From an uncultured Mycoplasmatota bacterium (GTDB taxonomy: Bacteria > Bacillota_I > Bacilli_A > RF39 > UBA660), in NCBI GenBank assembly GCA_946639185.1, contig CAMPBR010000004.1:1-44240 (forward strand): 44,240 nucleotides of DNA. Reading direction: 5' to 3'. Of the stretch, positions 11,139 to 22,105 are shown piece by piece. The position numbers were made by a program, and so were the translations under genes. Every line of letters begins with the position of its first letter. The first letter of the stretch is position 1. A model generated the notes under the pieces. It was not told the DNA's origin, searched no databases, and saw only the letters and a list, made by a program, of their open reading frames with translations.

Positions 11139-13418
11139 ATGTTAGAACTAAAGAAAATAAATAAAAGTTATAAGACTGGTAGTTTTACGCAAAGAGCTTT
11201 GAAAGATGTATCAATTGAATTTAGAAAAAATGAGTTTGTAGCTATACTTGGTCAATCAGGATCAGGTAAAACGACTTTACTAAATATTATAGGTGGACTT
11301 GATCGATATGATAGTGGTGATTTAATAATTAATAATAAATCAACAAAGAAGTTTAAAAATATTGATTGGGATAGATATCGTAATAACTGTGTTGGCTTTA
11401 TTTTTCAAAGTTATAATTTAATTCCACATATTACTATTTTAGATAATGTAGAAATGGGTATGACTTTAAGTGGCGTTAATTCTAGAACAAGAAAAAGAAA
11501 AGCTAAAGCAGCTTTGAAGAAAGTAGGACTTTTAGAACATATACATAAAAAACCAAATCAATTATCTGGTGGTCAAATGCAAAGAGTAGCTATAGCTAGA
11601 GCTTTAGTAAATGATCCAGAAATAATTTTAGCTGATGAACCAACAGGAGCACTTGATACTAAAACTAGTGTTCAAATTATGGATTTAATTAAAGAAATAG
11701 CTGAAGATAAACTTGTTATAATGGTTACACATAATCCAGATCTTGCTAAAACTTATGCTAATCGTATTATTGAATTTAAAGATGGTGAAGCCATAAGTGA
11801 TTCTAATCCTGTTAAAGAAATTGAAAAAGATGATTCTAATTTAAAAATTAAGAAAACTGCAATGAGTTTTTTAACAGCATTAAAATTATCTTTTAATAAT
11901 ATTAAAACTAAAAAGGGGAGAACTTTAATAACAGCATTTGCATCTTCTATAGGTATTATTGGTATTGGATTAATACTTGCTTTATCAAATGGATTTAAAA
12001 TAGAAATAGATAATTTTGAAAAAGACACTTTATCACAAGCACCAGTAATGATTTCTACGCAAGCTGCTAATTTATCTAATGAAACTATGAAGCAATTAGA
12101 TAAAAGTAATTTAGAAAAATATACAGATAAAAAAGTTATTTATGCTGAGGATGATCCACAATCAGTCATTATGCATACTAATGTATTAACTGATGAATTT
12201 ATAGAATATGTAAAAAATATTGATATAAAATTATTATCAGGAGTATCATATCAATCAGTTTTAGGATTTACTTTAATTAATAAAACTAATGATACATATA
12301 ATCAAGTTATAACAACAGCTACTATGGCAATTTTTCCATATAATCCTAACGGAGGGGAAACAGGTATAATTTATGATAACTATGACATTATCGCAGGTTC
12401 TATTGATGATAATAATCCAGGATTAATTATTCAAGTAGATAATAAAAACAGATTATATAAATCATCTCTAAGTGTATTAGGAGTAGATAGTGATAGTGTT
12501 TCATTTGATGAAATATTAAATAAAGAATTAAAAATAGTATTTAATGATGATTATTATAAAAATGTAGGTGGTTTCTTTATACCAGAAACTAATTATGAAA
12601 AACTATATAATCATAAAAATAGTGTATCAGTAAAAGTTCAAGCAATTATTCGTGGTAAAGAAGATAAAGAACTAATAACTAGTGGTACTGGCTTAGGATA
12701 TAATAATGCATTAAGCAAGTTAGTAATATCAAAGAATAAAGATTCTAAAATAGTAAAAGCTCAAAGAAAAGCAGACTATAATATTTTAACTAATCAAATG
12801 TTTGATGAAGTAAATACTAAAAAAGCTATGTTAGAATATTTAGGCGATGATGTTGGTCCAAGTTCAATTAATCTATATCCAAAAGATTTTGATTCTAAAA
12901 AAGAAATAACTGATTACTTAGATAAATATAACGAAGGTAAAGACGAGCAAGATAGAATAGAATATATGGATATGGCTTCTATGATATCTAGTCTATCAGG
13001 AAGTATTATGGATGCTATCACTATAGTATTAATAGCTTTCTCATCTATATCTTTAGTTGTATCATCTATTATGATAGCTATAATTACTTATATATCAGTA
13101 TTAGAAAGAACTAAAGAAATTGGTATTCTAAGAGCTTTAGGAGCAAGAAAAAAAGATATAAAACGTGTATTTAATGCTGAAACATTTATTATTGGTATAA
13201 CTAGTGGATTATTAGGTATACTAATAGCTTATTTATTAACATTCCCAGTAAATAGTATTATATATAATGTATCTAACTTACCAAATGTTGCTAAGTTAAA
13301 TCCAATACATGCAACTATTTTAATAGCAATAAATATATCATTAACAATGTTAGGTGGATTTATCCCTGCTAAGATAGCAAGTAAAAAAGATCCAGTTGAA
13401 GCATTAAGAACTGAATAA
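11139..13418 (+). CDS. MacB-like ABC transporter, fused ATPase and FtsX-type permease
   Basis: GQSGSGKT, LSGGQMQRVAIARAL, ADEPTGALD; C-terminal ERTKEIGILRALGA and DPVEALR. Confidence 0.9.
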   Translation: MLELKKINKSYKTGSFTQRALKDVSIEFRKNEFVAILGQSGSGKTTLLNIIGGLDRYDSGDLIINNKSTKKFKNIDWDRYRNNCVGFIFQSYNLIPHITILDNVEMGMTLSGVNSRTRKRKAKAALKKVGLLEHIHKKPNQLSGGQMQRVAIARALVNDPEIILADEPTGALDTKTSVQIMDLIKEIAEDKLVIMVTHNPDLAKTYANRIIEFKDGEAISDSNPVKEIEKDDSNLKIKKTAMSFLTALKLSFNNIKTKKGRTLITAFASSIGIIGIGLILALSNGFKIEIDNFEKDTLSQAPVMISTQAANLSNETMKQLDKSNLEKYTDKKVIYAEDDPQSVIMHTNVLTDEFIEYVKNIDIKLLSGVSYQSVLGFTLINKTNDTYNQVITTATMAIFPYNPNGGETGIIYDNYDIIAGSIDDNNPGLIIQVDNKNRLYKSSLSVLGVDSDSVSFDEILNKELKIVFNDDYYKNVGGFFIPETNYEKLYNHKNSVSVKVQAIIRGKEDKELITSGTGLGYNNALSKLVISKNKDSKIVKAQRKADYNILTNQMFDEVNTKKAMLEYLGDDVGPSSINLYPKDFDSKKEITDYLDKYNEGKDEQDRIEYMDMASMISSLSGSIMDAITIVLIAFSSISLVVSSIMIAIITYISVLERTKEIGILRALGARKKDIKRVFNAETFIIGITSGLLGILIAYLLTFPVNSIIYNVSNLPNVAKLNPIHATILIAINISLTMLGGFIPAKIASKKDPVEALRTE

Positions 13419-13495
13419 AAGAGTAGATAATCTACTCTTTTTTGTTGTATAAAAAATTGAGTAATAAAACACGAATAAATTATCCGTGTTTTTAT

Positions 13496-13741
13496 TTATA
13501 AATATTTTTTATATTTTTGACATAATTTCATAACTTCATTATAAGTCTCTTCACAAACTTCTTCATGAAATTTTTTAAATATTTCAGGATTCTCATTTAA
13601 AATATCATCGCAATAATTCTTAATATACTTATATATAATACTAATTTCTTCATCTTTAATTTTATAATTACTTTTATGAATAAAACTATAAATGTCATCA
13701 ATAGTTAAATTAGCTACATAGTTTTTAATTATTTCTTTCAT
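13496..13741 (-). CDS. Small protein, possibly DUF2624/YqfT-like
   Basis: 81 aa, AGGTG RBS, divergent from the PBP gene; resemblance to YqfT recalled from memory only. Confidence 0.45.
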   Translation of the reverse strand: MKEIIKNYVANLTIDDIYSFIHKSNYKIKDEEISIIYKYIKNYCDDILNENPEIFKKFHEEVCEETYNEVMKLCQKYKKYL

Positions 13742-13806
13742 AAAATCACCTAATAAATTATATGTAAGTTTTTAATATTTATACACAAACTATTAATGGT
13801 GATTAT

Positions 13807-15780
13807 ATGATAAATAAAAGAATAAACTTTTTTGAAATAATAATAATTCTCATTTTTATAATACTTATATATTTTATAGTAAATACAATATATTTTAAAA
13901 GAACCTACTATATAGATAAATTAAATACTTTGACTAATATTTTAGTATATGGAGAAAGTGCTCCTCGTGGTAGAATTTATGATCGTAATCATAATTTACT
14001 TGTAGATAACGAAGAAATATTAACTATTACATATAAAAAGGAAGATAAGATTAGTCCTATAGATGAAATAAAACTAGCAAATCAAGTAATTGATTATATA
14101 GATTTAGATTATAGTAAATTAAATATTAGAAACTTAAAAGAATACTATTTAGTTATGTTTAAAGACGAATGTAATAATAAAATAACTAAAGATGAATACA
14201 AAAAATTAAAAGAAAGAAAGCTTAATTTAAATGATATAGAAAATTTAAAAATAAGTAGGATTACTAATGAAGAACTAGATAAATTAACAGATGCTGATAA
14301 GAAAGTAGCATACTTATATTTTCTTATGAATAATGGATATTCTTACTCTGAAAAAATCATTAAAGAAAATGCTAGTTATTCAGAATATGCTTACTTTTCA
14401 GAAAATAAAATTAATGGTTTTAAACCAAAGACATCTTGGAAAAGAGTATATAAATATGGTGATACTTTTAAAAGTGTTTTAGGAAATGTAGGTTATATTC
14501 CAAAAGAAGAAAAGGATAAATATCTAAAAAAAGGTTATTCTTTAAATGATAAAGTGGGACTAAGCAATATTGAAAAACAATATGAAGATATTTTAAAAGG
14601 AAAGAAAGCTGTTTATAAAAGAATAAATAATAATGATTTAGAATTAATAAGTGGGAGTAGTAGAGGAAATGATATTGTTTTAAGTATAGATATTAATCTA
14701 TTAGAAGAGATAAATAAAATTATTGATAGAAATCTTATAAGGGCTAAAGGCGAAGCTAATACTAACTATTTTAGTAAAACATATGTAGTAATAGAAGAAC
14801 CTAATACTGGTGAGGTTTTAGCTATTACTGGAAGACAAATAATTAAAAAAGGTGATGACTATATAATCAATGATATAACTCCATATGCATTAACAGATCC
14901 TATGACTCCGGGATCTGTTATTAAAGGAGCATCTATGCTTGTAGGGTTTAATACAGGTGTAATAGAGCCAGGTTGGACTACAACGGATGAATGTATAAAG
15001 CTTTTTAATTTACCAAGAAAGTGTTCATCACATAGAGTAGGAACACTTGATGATATAAAAGCGCTTGCTGAATCAAGTAATGTATATCAATTTAAAATAG
15101 CTATGAAAGTAGCAGGTATTAATTATATATATAATACTAAAGCAAGTGTAGATAAAGAAGCATTTGATACATATCGTAATTTATTTAAGCAGTTTGGACT
15201 TGGTGTTAAAACAGAAATAGATCTACCAGTAGAAAGTTTAGGTTATACCAGTAATACTATTGCTCCCGATTTATTGCTTAATTTTTCTATAGGTCAATAT
15301 GATACATATACTCCAATACAACTATCACAGTATATTACTACTATCGCATCAAACGGTAATAGACTAAAACCCCATCTTTTAAAAGAGATAAATAATAATG
15401 ATAACACTATTAAAGTAATAGAACCAATGGTTTTAAATCAAGTAGAAGTAAAAGAAGAACATTTAAAAAGAGTACAAGAAGGATTTAAGGCTGTTATGGA
15501 AATTGGCCTTGGAAGAAATGTAATGGGTAATAGTCCATCTCCAGCTGGAAAAACAGGAACAAGTGAATCATTTATAGATACAGATGGTGATGGTAAAATA
15601 GATACAGCGACAGTTAGCAATGCCTTTGTAGGATATGCTCCAAGTGATAATCCTAAAATGACTATAACAGTAACATCACCCGATGTAGAAGATCCTAATA
15701 CTGGTATTAATTATCATAGTTACGTTAATAGAAGAATTGCTAGAGAAGTATCAAACAAATTTTTTGAAATTTATGAATAG
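13807..15780 (+). CDS. Class B penicillin-binding protein (PbpA/PBP2B-like transpeptidase)
   Basis: N-terminal TM; PRGRIYDRN; catalytic SxxK (GSVIK), SSN and KTGT motifs. Confidence 0.9.
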   Translation: MINKRINFFEIIIILIFIILIYFIVNTIYFKRTYYIDKLNTLTNILVYGESAPRGRIYDRNHNLLVDNEEILTITYKKEDKISPIDEIKLANQVIDYIDLDYSKLNIRNLKEYYLVMFKDECNNKITKDEYKKLKERKLNLNDIENLKISRITNEELDKLTDADKKVAYLYFLMNNGYSYSEKIIKENASYSEYAYFSENKINGFKPKTSWKRVYKYGDTFKSVLGNVGYIPKEEKDKYLKKGYSLNDKVGLSNIEKQYEDILKGKKAVYKRINNNDLELISGSSRGNDIVLSIDINLLEEINKIIDRNLIRAKGEANTNYFSKTYVVIEEPNTGEVLAITGRQIIKKGDDYIINDITPYALTDPMTPGSVIKGASMLVGFNTGVIEPGWTTTDECIKLFNLPRKCSSHRVGTLDDIKALAESSNVYQFKIAMKVAGINYIYNTKASVDKEAFDTYRNLFKQFGLGVKTEIDLPVESLGYTSNTIAPDLLLNFSIGQYDTYTPIQLSQYITTIASNGNRLKPHLLKEINNNDNTIKVIEPMVLNQVEVKEEHLKRVQEGFKAVMEIGLGRNVMGNSPSPAGKTGTSESFIDTDGDGKIDTATVSNAFVGYAPSDNPKMTITVTSPDVEDPNTGINYHSYVNRRIAREVSNKFFEIYE

Positions 15781-15854
15781 TTATTGAGTTATTTACATTG
15801 GAATGCTATAATCAATTTAGAAAAAAGGTAAATAATCATAGGGGGATACTACTT

Positions 15855-16415
15855 ATGAAGGATAGTGTAAAGTTAAAACAAGATAATAAATTAGATGAAT
15901 ATCTTACTAATCTTATAGGTAGTATCGATTATTCGAATGTTGTTAACTGTAATCAAAAATATATAAAAGAAATAGAAAAAGCTCGAATAACACAAGCTAA
16001 ATATGCAATTAATTCAATTATAAATGGTACTCCTAAAGATAAAATATCTTATATATATACAAAAGATGCAAGAGGTTTTACTTCTATAGAAGAAATGGAT
16101 CTTTTAGATATAGAAATAGTATTAAATTCTGCTGTCTTAACTATGCTTAGAATTATAAAAAATAAAAATGAATTAATAGCTAAACGTAGTAAGGATGCCG
16201 TAATATATATTAAAGATATATCTACATATAGCGATAGCCAATTAATGGTTTATACAACAGATATATATAATAGCGAATTAGAAAGATTAATTGAAGAAAA
16301 AGAAAAACTAATTAATACTTTATTAGAAACTAATCAACCTACTATTGATGATCCAACTGAATTAAGTGAATTACAACATGCATATTATAAAACGTATAAA
16401 AATAGTTGCAACTAG
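15855..16415 (+). CDS. Hypothetical protein
   Basis: ORF with GGGGG RBS before ATG 15855. Confidence 0.55.
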   Translation: MKDSVKLKQDNKLDEYLTNLIGSIDYSNVVNCNQKYIKEIEKARITQAKYAINSIINGTPKDKISYIYTKDARGFTSIEEMDLLDIEIVLNSAVLTMLRIIKNKNELIAKRSKDAVIYIKDISTYSDSQLMVYTTDIYNSELERLIEEKEKLINTLLETNQPTIDDPTELSELQHAYYKTYKNSCN

Positions 16416-16471
16416 CAACTTTTTATTTTGACTAAAATATGATATAATATAACTGCTTATAGGGGTGAAGT

Positions 16472-17830
16472 ATGAAATCCGATAAATTCTTTAATGCAAC
16501 TTATTCTTTTTTGATTGGGTCTGGTCTTATTGCTACTGGTATATTAATGCTTATAGGTAGAAGAAATTTATATGTTAATGTAGTAAATCTATTTATAATT
16601 GCACTTTTCTTTTTAGCGGTTAAACAATTAATAAATTATTTTATTGGTAAAGAAAAAGATCGAAAAATTAATTTTATTAAAAGTACTATCAATATAGTAT
16701 TTTGCTTTGTCTTTTCTTTATTTAAAAATATACCTTTATCAATTATGCCAATAACGTTTGGTTTCTATTTATTACTTAGTGGTATTATTAAATTCATTAA
16801 TGGCGGGATTTATTTTTATAATAAAGCTAAAGGTTATGTAACAGAATTCTTTTTTGGAATTATATATTTAGTAGTTTCTTTAGCTATAATTTTTTCTCCA
16901 ATTAAGAATATAGATAATGTTTTAATAATTCTAGGTATTTATATATTATTACTTGGTATAAACTACATAGTTGATTTTATTAGTTTTATCATGCCAATTC
17001 ATTTTAAAAATGAAGTTAGAAGACATATTAGAATTTCATTACCTGCTTTAGTAGAAGCTATTATACCATATACAGTACTTAGTGAAATAAATTATTTGAT
17101 TGATAAAGATAGCTATGATAACTTTGTATTTGAAGAAAAGAAAAATGATGTAGAACCAGATATGGAAGTGTTTGTTCATACATCTAAACGTGGCTTTAAT
17201 AGAACTGGACATGTTGATTTATATTATAATGGTAAAGTTTTATCATATGGGTCTTATGATGATAGTTCACTAAGATTCTTTGATATGATAGGTGATGGAG
17301 TGGTATTCACTACTAAAAGAGATAAATATATTCCATTTTGTATTGAACATAGTAAAAAAACTATCTTCGCTTTTGGTTTAAAACTAACAGATAGACAAAA
17401 GAATCAAATAGATAAAGCTATAGATAATATATTTAAAGAATTAGGAGAATGGAAATCTCCATATCAAGTAGCTCTTGATGATAGTAAAAAAAGAAAATTA
17501 AAAAGAAAAGTTAATCAAAATAAATATACTGATTATGCATCATGTCTTTATCAAGCGACACATGCAAAGTTCTATAAATTTAATAAAGGTAAATGGAAGA
17601 AATACTTTGTGGTTGGCAATAACTGTTGTCGCCTTGCAGATTATATAGTAGGTAAGAGTGGTATAGATCTTTTAAAAATGTATGGTGTTATCACCCCAGG
17701 AGCTTACTATGAATATTTAAATAGAGAATTTAAAAAGAAAAACAGTATGGTTATATCACGTAAGATTTATAATAGTACTAATGTCGATAAGAAGACTATT
17801 AAAGAAATATTTAGAGGATTTTCTAAATAA
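16472..17830 (+). CDS. Membrane protein: DUF308/HdeD-like TM region plus soluble C-terminal domain with permuted papain-like His...Cys motifs
   Basis: About 6 TM helices then GHVDLYY and YFVVGNNCC. Confidence 0.55.
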   Translation: MKSDKFFNATYSFLIGSGLIATGILMLIGRRNLYVNVVNLFIIALFFLAVKQLINYFIGKEKDRKINFIKSTINIVFCFVFSLFKNIPLSIMPITFGFYLLLSGIIKFINGGIYFYNKAKGYVTEFFFGIIYLVVSLAIIFSPIKNIDNVLIILGIYILLLGINYIVDFISFIMPIHFKNEVRRHIRISLPALVEAIIPYTVLSEINYLIDKDSYDNFVFEEKKNDVEPDMEVFVHTSKRGFNRTGHVDLYYNGKVLSYGSYDDSSLRFFDMIGDGVVFTTKRDKYIPFCIEHSKKTIFAFGLKLTDRQKNQIDKAIDNIFKELGEWKSPYQVALDDSKKRKLKRKVNQNKYTDYASCLYQATHAKFYKFNKGKWKKYFVVGNNCCRLADYIVGKSGIDLLKMYGVITPGAYYEYLNREFKKKNSMVISRKIYNSTNVDKKTIKEIFRGFSK

Positions 17831-17840
17831 AAAAAAGAGC

Positions 17841-18293
17841 TTAGCTCTTTTTCTTTTGATATCCATTTAAAATATTAATAGCTTTTAATACATCTTGATC
17901 AGTAAGACCATTACCTTTATCATTTTGATATACCAGTTTAATTAAATTATCTTTAAAGCTTTCCATATAATAATCATCATCTAATATACAAAAACTATCG
18001 ATATCAGGATGAGTTTCTAAATACATTCTAATTTCATTTTCTCTTGTATCAGCTAAAGGAGTTATATCAATAACGTCTATACCATTATTTTTTAAAGTAT
18101 TAAGTAAATAAATCATTAATCTACTATGAGTACCAGTATAATAAAATCTATTCTTTAATGAAGATGAGATAACTATTTTACCATCTGTAGAAGAAACAAT
18201 AGTCTTTAAACGTTCTAAGTTATCTTTATTAATAACATCCATATTATCATAGGTATCTAAAACCCCATTAAAATCTAAAAATATAACTTTCAT
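17841..18293 (-). CDS. HAD-superfamily protein (Swiss Army Knife RNA-repair HAD-like)
   Basis: VIFLDFNGVL, IVISSS, REnEI..YL, ILDDD motifs. Confidence 0.75.
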   Translation of the reverse strand: MKVIFLDFNGVLDTYDNMDVINKDNLERLKTIVSSTDGKIVISSSLKNRFYYTGTHSRLMIYLLNTLKNNGIDVIDITPLADTRENEIRMYLETHPDIDSFCILDDDYYMESFKDNLIKLVYQNDKGNGLTDQDVLKAINILNGYQKKKS

Positions 18294-18349
18294 AAAACTC
18301 CTTTTTATGTATGAAAAAAGAACTTTTTCAAGTTCTTTTCTTTCAAAAA

Positions 18350-18426
<77 letters not shown>

Positions 18427-18511
18427 ATTAACTTCCTTTTTCATGGAACATTTAAATTATATAACTATTTTTAATTTAAGTCAATACTAAAAATAAAAAA
18501 AAGAATAACTA

Positions 18512-18724
18512 CTAGCTATTCTTAATACTATTAATTAATATATCCAAAACTTCTTCTTTTAAAGAATCATTACTATTATTCCATAATAATTCAAATAAAA
18601 CACCCATACCAGGCAATACTTCTTCATCATTATCTTTAATACTATCTTGAATCGATTCTTTTAACATATCTTTATCATCATCTTTAAAATTATTAATAAT
18701 ATAACTTCTAATATCTATATTCAT
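18512..18724 (-). CDS. sspI: Small acid-soluble spore protein SspI
   Basis: M.IDIR..II.N...DEEVLPGMGVLFELLW matches the SspI LPGLGVLFE motif; near a TrmH gene as in Bacillus. Confidence 0.85.
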   Translation of the reverse strand: MNIDIRSYIINNFKDDDKDMLKESIQDSIKDNDEEVLPGMGVLFELLWNNSNDSLKEEVLDILINSIKNS

Positions 18725-18821
18725 AAAATCCTCCTATAAATAATTTGAACTAATATTAACTATTTATACTATAATTTTTTTAATATTTATGGTAAAATAA
18801 AATAGATTTGAGAGTGGTAGT

Positions 18822-19460
18822 ATGGAAATCTTCATAGATGATAATAAATTAGATATAATAGTTACTAAAAAATTAAAACAAAAAAATACTTATCTAAGAG
18901 TTAAAGATGACTTAAATTTATATGTAACTACTTCAAGTTTTATGTCTGATAGAGCTGTATTAAGATTAGTAAAAGATAATATGGATTCTATTATAAAGAT
19001 GTATAATAAAGCTAAATATAAAAGTGATTTAAAAAAAGATTTTTATTATTTAGGAACTAAATATGATGTAGTAAAAACTAATTCTAAAGAAGTAATTATT
19101 GGTGATGATAAAATATTTATACCTAGTAATTTAGATATTAATAAATGGTTAAAAAAAGAAGCAGAAAAATTATTTAAAGAAAGACTTGATTATTGGTATA
19201 ATTTATTTACTTATGAAATTCCATATCCAAGTTTAACTATCAGAAAAATGACTACACGTTGGGGTGTATGTAATTCAAAGTTAGTTAGAGTTACTTTAAA
19301 TTTAGAATTAATAAAAAAAGATATAGATTGCTTGGATTATGTTATAGTTCATGAATTATCACATTTTATAGAAATGAATCATTCTAGAAAATTTTGGCGT
19401 GTTGTAGGAGAAAATTATCCTAATTATAAAGAAATTAGAAGAATAATGAAAAATTATTAG
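18822..19460 (+). CDS. YgjP/DUF45-like metal-dependent hydrolase (M48/SprT-like)
   Basis: MTTRWGVC, DYVIVHELSH, NHSRKFW. Confidence 0.88.
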   Translation: MEIFIDDNKLDIIVTKKLKQKNTYLRVKDDLNLYVTTSSFMSDRAVLRLVKDNMDSIIKMYNKAKYKSDLKKDFYYLGTKYDVVKTNSKEVIIGDDKIFIPSNLDINKWLKKEAEKLFKERLDYWYNLFTYEIPYPSLTIRKMTTRWGVCNSKLVRVTLNLELIKKDIDCLDYVIVHELSHFIEMNHSRKFWRVVGENYPNYKEIRRIMKNY

Positions 19461-19469
19461 AGGTGGATT

Positions 19470-20207
19470 ATGTTAATTACTAGTTTAGAAAATGATAAAA
19501 TCAAAAAATGCTTAAAATTAAGAGATAAAAAATATCGTGATTTATATAATGAATTCTTAGTAGAGGGAGAGCATTTAGTAATAGAAGCTTATCGTAGTGG
19601 ACTTTTAGAAGAAATACTTATTTTAGAAGATGAAGTAACTATATTAGATGCTCCTATAACTTATGTATCAAATGATATTATTAAAGCTTTATCTACTTTG
19701 GAAACACCTTCGCATATTTTTGGACTATGCAAAAAGAAAGAAGAAAATAATGATTTAGGAAAAAGAATTTTAATGTTAGATAGAGTACAAGATCCAGGAA
19801 ATATTGGTACAATCATAAGAAGTAGTAAAGCTTTTGGTATAGATACATTGGTTTTAGGTGAGGGATGCTGTGATTTATATAATGAAAAAGTAATTAGATC
19901 TACTCAAGGTAATGGTTTTCATATGAATATAGTAACTGGTAATTTAATGGAAATTATTAAAGACTTAAAAGATAAAGAAATACCTATTTTAGGAACTAAT
20001 GTAGAATATGGAGAAGATATTAGAAACTTAACTTCTAGAGATAAAGAATGCTTTTGTTTAGTTATGGGAAATGAAGGTAGAGGAGTAAGTAAAGAAATAT
20101 TGGATATATGTGATAAATTTATATATATTGAAATGGATAGTCACGTAGAAAGTTTAAATGTAGGGGTTGCAACAAGTATATTATTATATGAATTAAATAG
20201 AAAATAG
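19470..20207 (+). CDS. TrmH/SpoU family RNA 2'-O-methyltransferase (YsgA-like)
   Basis: QDPGNIGTIIRS, GNEGRGVS, ESLNVGVA. Confidence 0.92.
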   Translation: MLITSLENDKIKKCLKLRDKKYRDLYNEFLVEGEHLVIEAYRSGLLEEILILEDEVTILDAPITYVSNDIIKALSTLETPSHIFGLCKKKEENNDLGKRILMLDRVQDPGNIGTIIRSSKAFGIDTLVLGEGCCDLYNEKVIRSTQGNGFHMNIVTGNLMEIIKDLKDKEIPILGTNVEYGEDIRNLTSRDKECFCLVMGNEGRGVSKEILDICDKFIYIEMDSHVESLNVGVATSILLYELNRK

Positions 20208-20257
20208 TGATTCAAATTTTTTTAAGAAAATTTTATTTGAAGAAAAGAGTGATATTA

Positions 20258-20752
20258 ATGGATGAATATATTTATATTGGTAAAATAGTAAATACTCATG
20301 GATTAAAAGGAGAAGTTAGAATTCTTTCTGATTTTGAAAAGAAAGATAAAGTGTTTATACCTGGTATGACTATTTATATTGGTAGAAAAAAAGAAAAAGA
20401 AGTAATTAATAGTTATCGTCATCATAAAGTATTTGAAATGATAACTATGAAAGGTTATTCTGATATAAATGAAATTATTCGTTATAAAGGATTATACGTA
20501 TATATCAAAAAAGAAGATTTAAAATTAGATAATGATGAATATTTAGACAGTGATTTAATTAATCTTGATGTATATGTAAATAATGAAGTTGTTGGTGTTA
20601 TTACAGATATTAGAGATAGTGGTCATAATAAATTTTTAGTTATTAAGACAAGTGATAAAGATGTATTTGTACCAATGCAAGATGAATTTATTAAAGAAGT
20701 TAATTTAGCTGAAAAGAAAATAGTTATAGAGCCAATTAAGGGGATGTTTTAA
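20258..20752 (+). CDS. rimM: Ribosome maturation factor RimM
   Basis: IGKIVNTHGLKGEV; directly upstream of trmD. Confidence 0.93.
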   Translation: MDEYIYIGKIVNTHGLKGEVRILSDFEKKDKVFIPGMTIYIGRKKEKEVINSYRHHKVFEMITMKGYSDINEIIRYKGLYVYIKKEDLKLDNDEYLDSDLINLDVYVNNEVVGVITDIRDSGHNKFLVIKTSDKDVFVPMQDEFIKEVNLAEKKIVIEPIKGMF

Positions 20753-21414
20753 TGAAAATAGATATATTAACATTGTTTCCTGAAATGTTTGATGGTGTGT
20801 TTAATGAATCAATAATTAAAAGAGCTAAAGAAAATAAAAAAATTGAAATAAATATTATTGATTTTAGAAAATATTCTAAAGAAAAAAATAATAAAGTAGA
20901 TGATACACCATACGGTGGAGGAAGTGGAATGGTACTTATGTGCCAACCAATATTTGATGCGATAGAAGATATTAAAACTAATGATTCTAAAGTAATTATG
21001 TTAACTCCAGATGGTAAAACATATAATCAAACTATTGCTTATGATTTAAGTCAAGAAAAACATTTAATACTTATTTGTGGTCATTATGAAGGATTTGATG
21101 AAAGAATAAGAAGTATAGTTGATTTAGAAATAAGTATTGGTGACTATGTATTAACAGGTGGCGAAATTCCAGCTATGATATTAACTGATAGTATAGTTAG
21201 ACTAGTAGATGGTGTTATTAACAAAGATAGCCATATAAATGATAGTTTTAATGATAATTTACTTGATTATGAAACTTATACTAAACCAGCTGAATTTAGA
21301 GGTATGAAAGTACCAGAAGTATTATTATCAGGGGACCATAAAAAAATAGATGAATTTAGAGCTAAATCGCGCTATAATAGAACTAAGGATAGAAGACCAG
21401 ATTTATTAAAATAA
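20752..21414 (+). CDS. trmD: tRNA (guanine-N1)-methyltransferase
   Basis: LTLFPEMF, VDDTPYGGG, CGHYEGFDER, SIGDYVLTGGE, VPEVLLSGDH. Confidence 0.97.
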   Translation: MKIDILTLFPEMFDGVFNESIIKRAKENKKIEINIIDFRKYSKEKNNKVDDTPYGGGSGMVLMCQPIFDAIEDIKTNDSKVIMLTPDGKTYNQTIAYDLSQEKHLILICGHYEGFDERIRSIVDLEISIGDYVLTGGEIPAMILTDSIVRLVDGVINKDSHINDSFNDNLLDYETYTKPAEFRGMKVPEVLLSGDHKKIDEFRAKSRYNRTKDRRPDLLK

Positions 21415-21419
21415 CTGAG

Positions 21420-21890
21420 GTGAAGTTTATGTTGGATAAAAGATATCATATTATAAAAAATAAAGAAGATAAATCAATTACTTATTTTGAGTACGATAAA
21501 ATGGAAGGATATGATTTATCTCCTAAAAAGGGAATTAAAATAGAAGATGCTATTAACGTAAATAAAGTTGTAATTATTAATCCAACATTAGCTAATAAAG
21601 TAGCAAAGAAAAAAATAGATTTAAAATTTAAAAAACTAGTAAGTCTATTAAATATTATATTTGAATCTGATGATGAAACAGGATCTACTTATCATCAAGG
21701 CTTAGATGAAGTTAATCGCTTAAGAATGGAACTTATTAATAAATATAAGAAGCATTTAAGTGATTCTGATTTTGATACAATGGAAAAGAAATTGGGAATT
21801 CTAGAGCATGAACTTAAAGTAAGATTATTCTTTTTAGAACAACAATTACAATATCAAAATGAAAACATTAAAGAAGGAAAATCTAGATAA
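21420..21890 (+). CDS. Hypothetical protein
   Basis: 156-aa ORF between trmD and rplS. Confidence 0.6.
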   Translation: MKFMLDKRYHIIKNKEDKSITYFEYDKMEGYDLSPKKGIKIEDAINVNKVVIINPTLANKVAKKKIDLKFKKLVSLLNIIFESDDETGSTYHQGLDEVNRLRMELINKYKKHLSDSDFDTMEKKLGILEHELKVRLFFLEQQLQYQNENIKEGKSR

Positions 21891-22044
21891 AAGGAGAAAC
21901 AGATAATTACACTCTTATTGAAACCAATCATTCTAATACTGATACTATAGATGAATTTATTGAATCTAATGAAAATGTAAAAGTATATACTTTAGATAAA
22001 TAGTTGTTGCATATTAAAAGAATATATGTTATAATTTATGTCGT

Positions 22045-22080
22045 TGGTAATCCGATGTTTATTAGAAATATGATTTCCGT
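22045..22080 (+). promoter_or_regulatory. Probable L19 ribosomal protein leader
   Basis: AATC-CGATG...ATGATT hairpin resembling the L19 leader pattern, between a TGTTATAAT promoter and the rplS RBS. Confidence 0.45.
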
Positions 22081-22105
22081 AAAAACAAGAAAGGAGAGAT
22101 TCGAA

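Noticed and set aside
21892-21909. 18-nt match AGGAGAAACAGATAATTA with yvcK at 28058-28075
   Set aside because: Single short A-rich match with no flanking similarity; plausibly chance in such AT-rich DNA.
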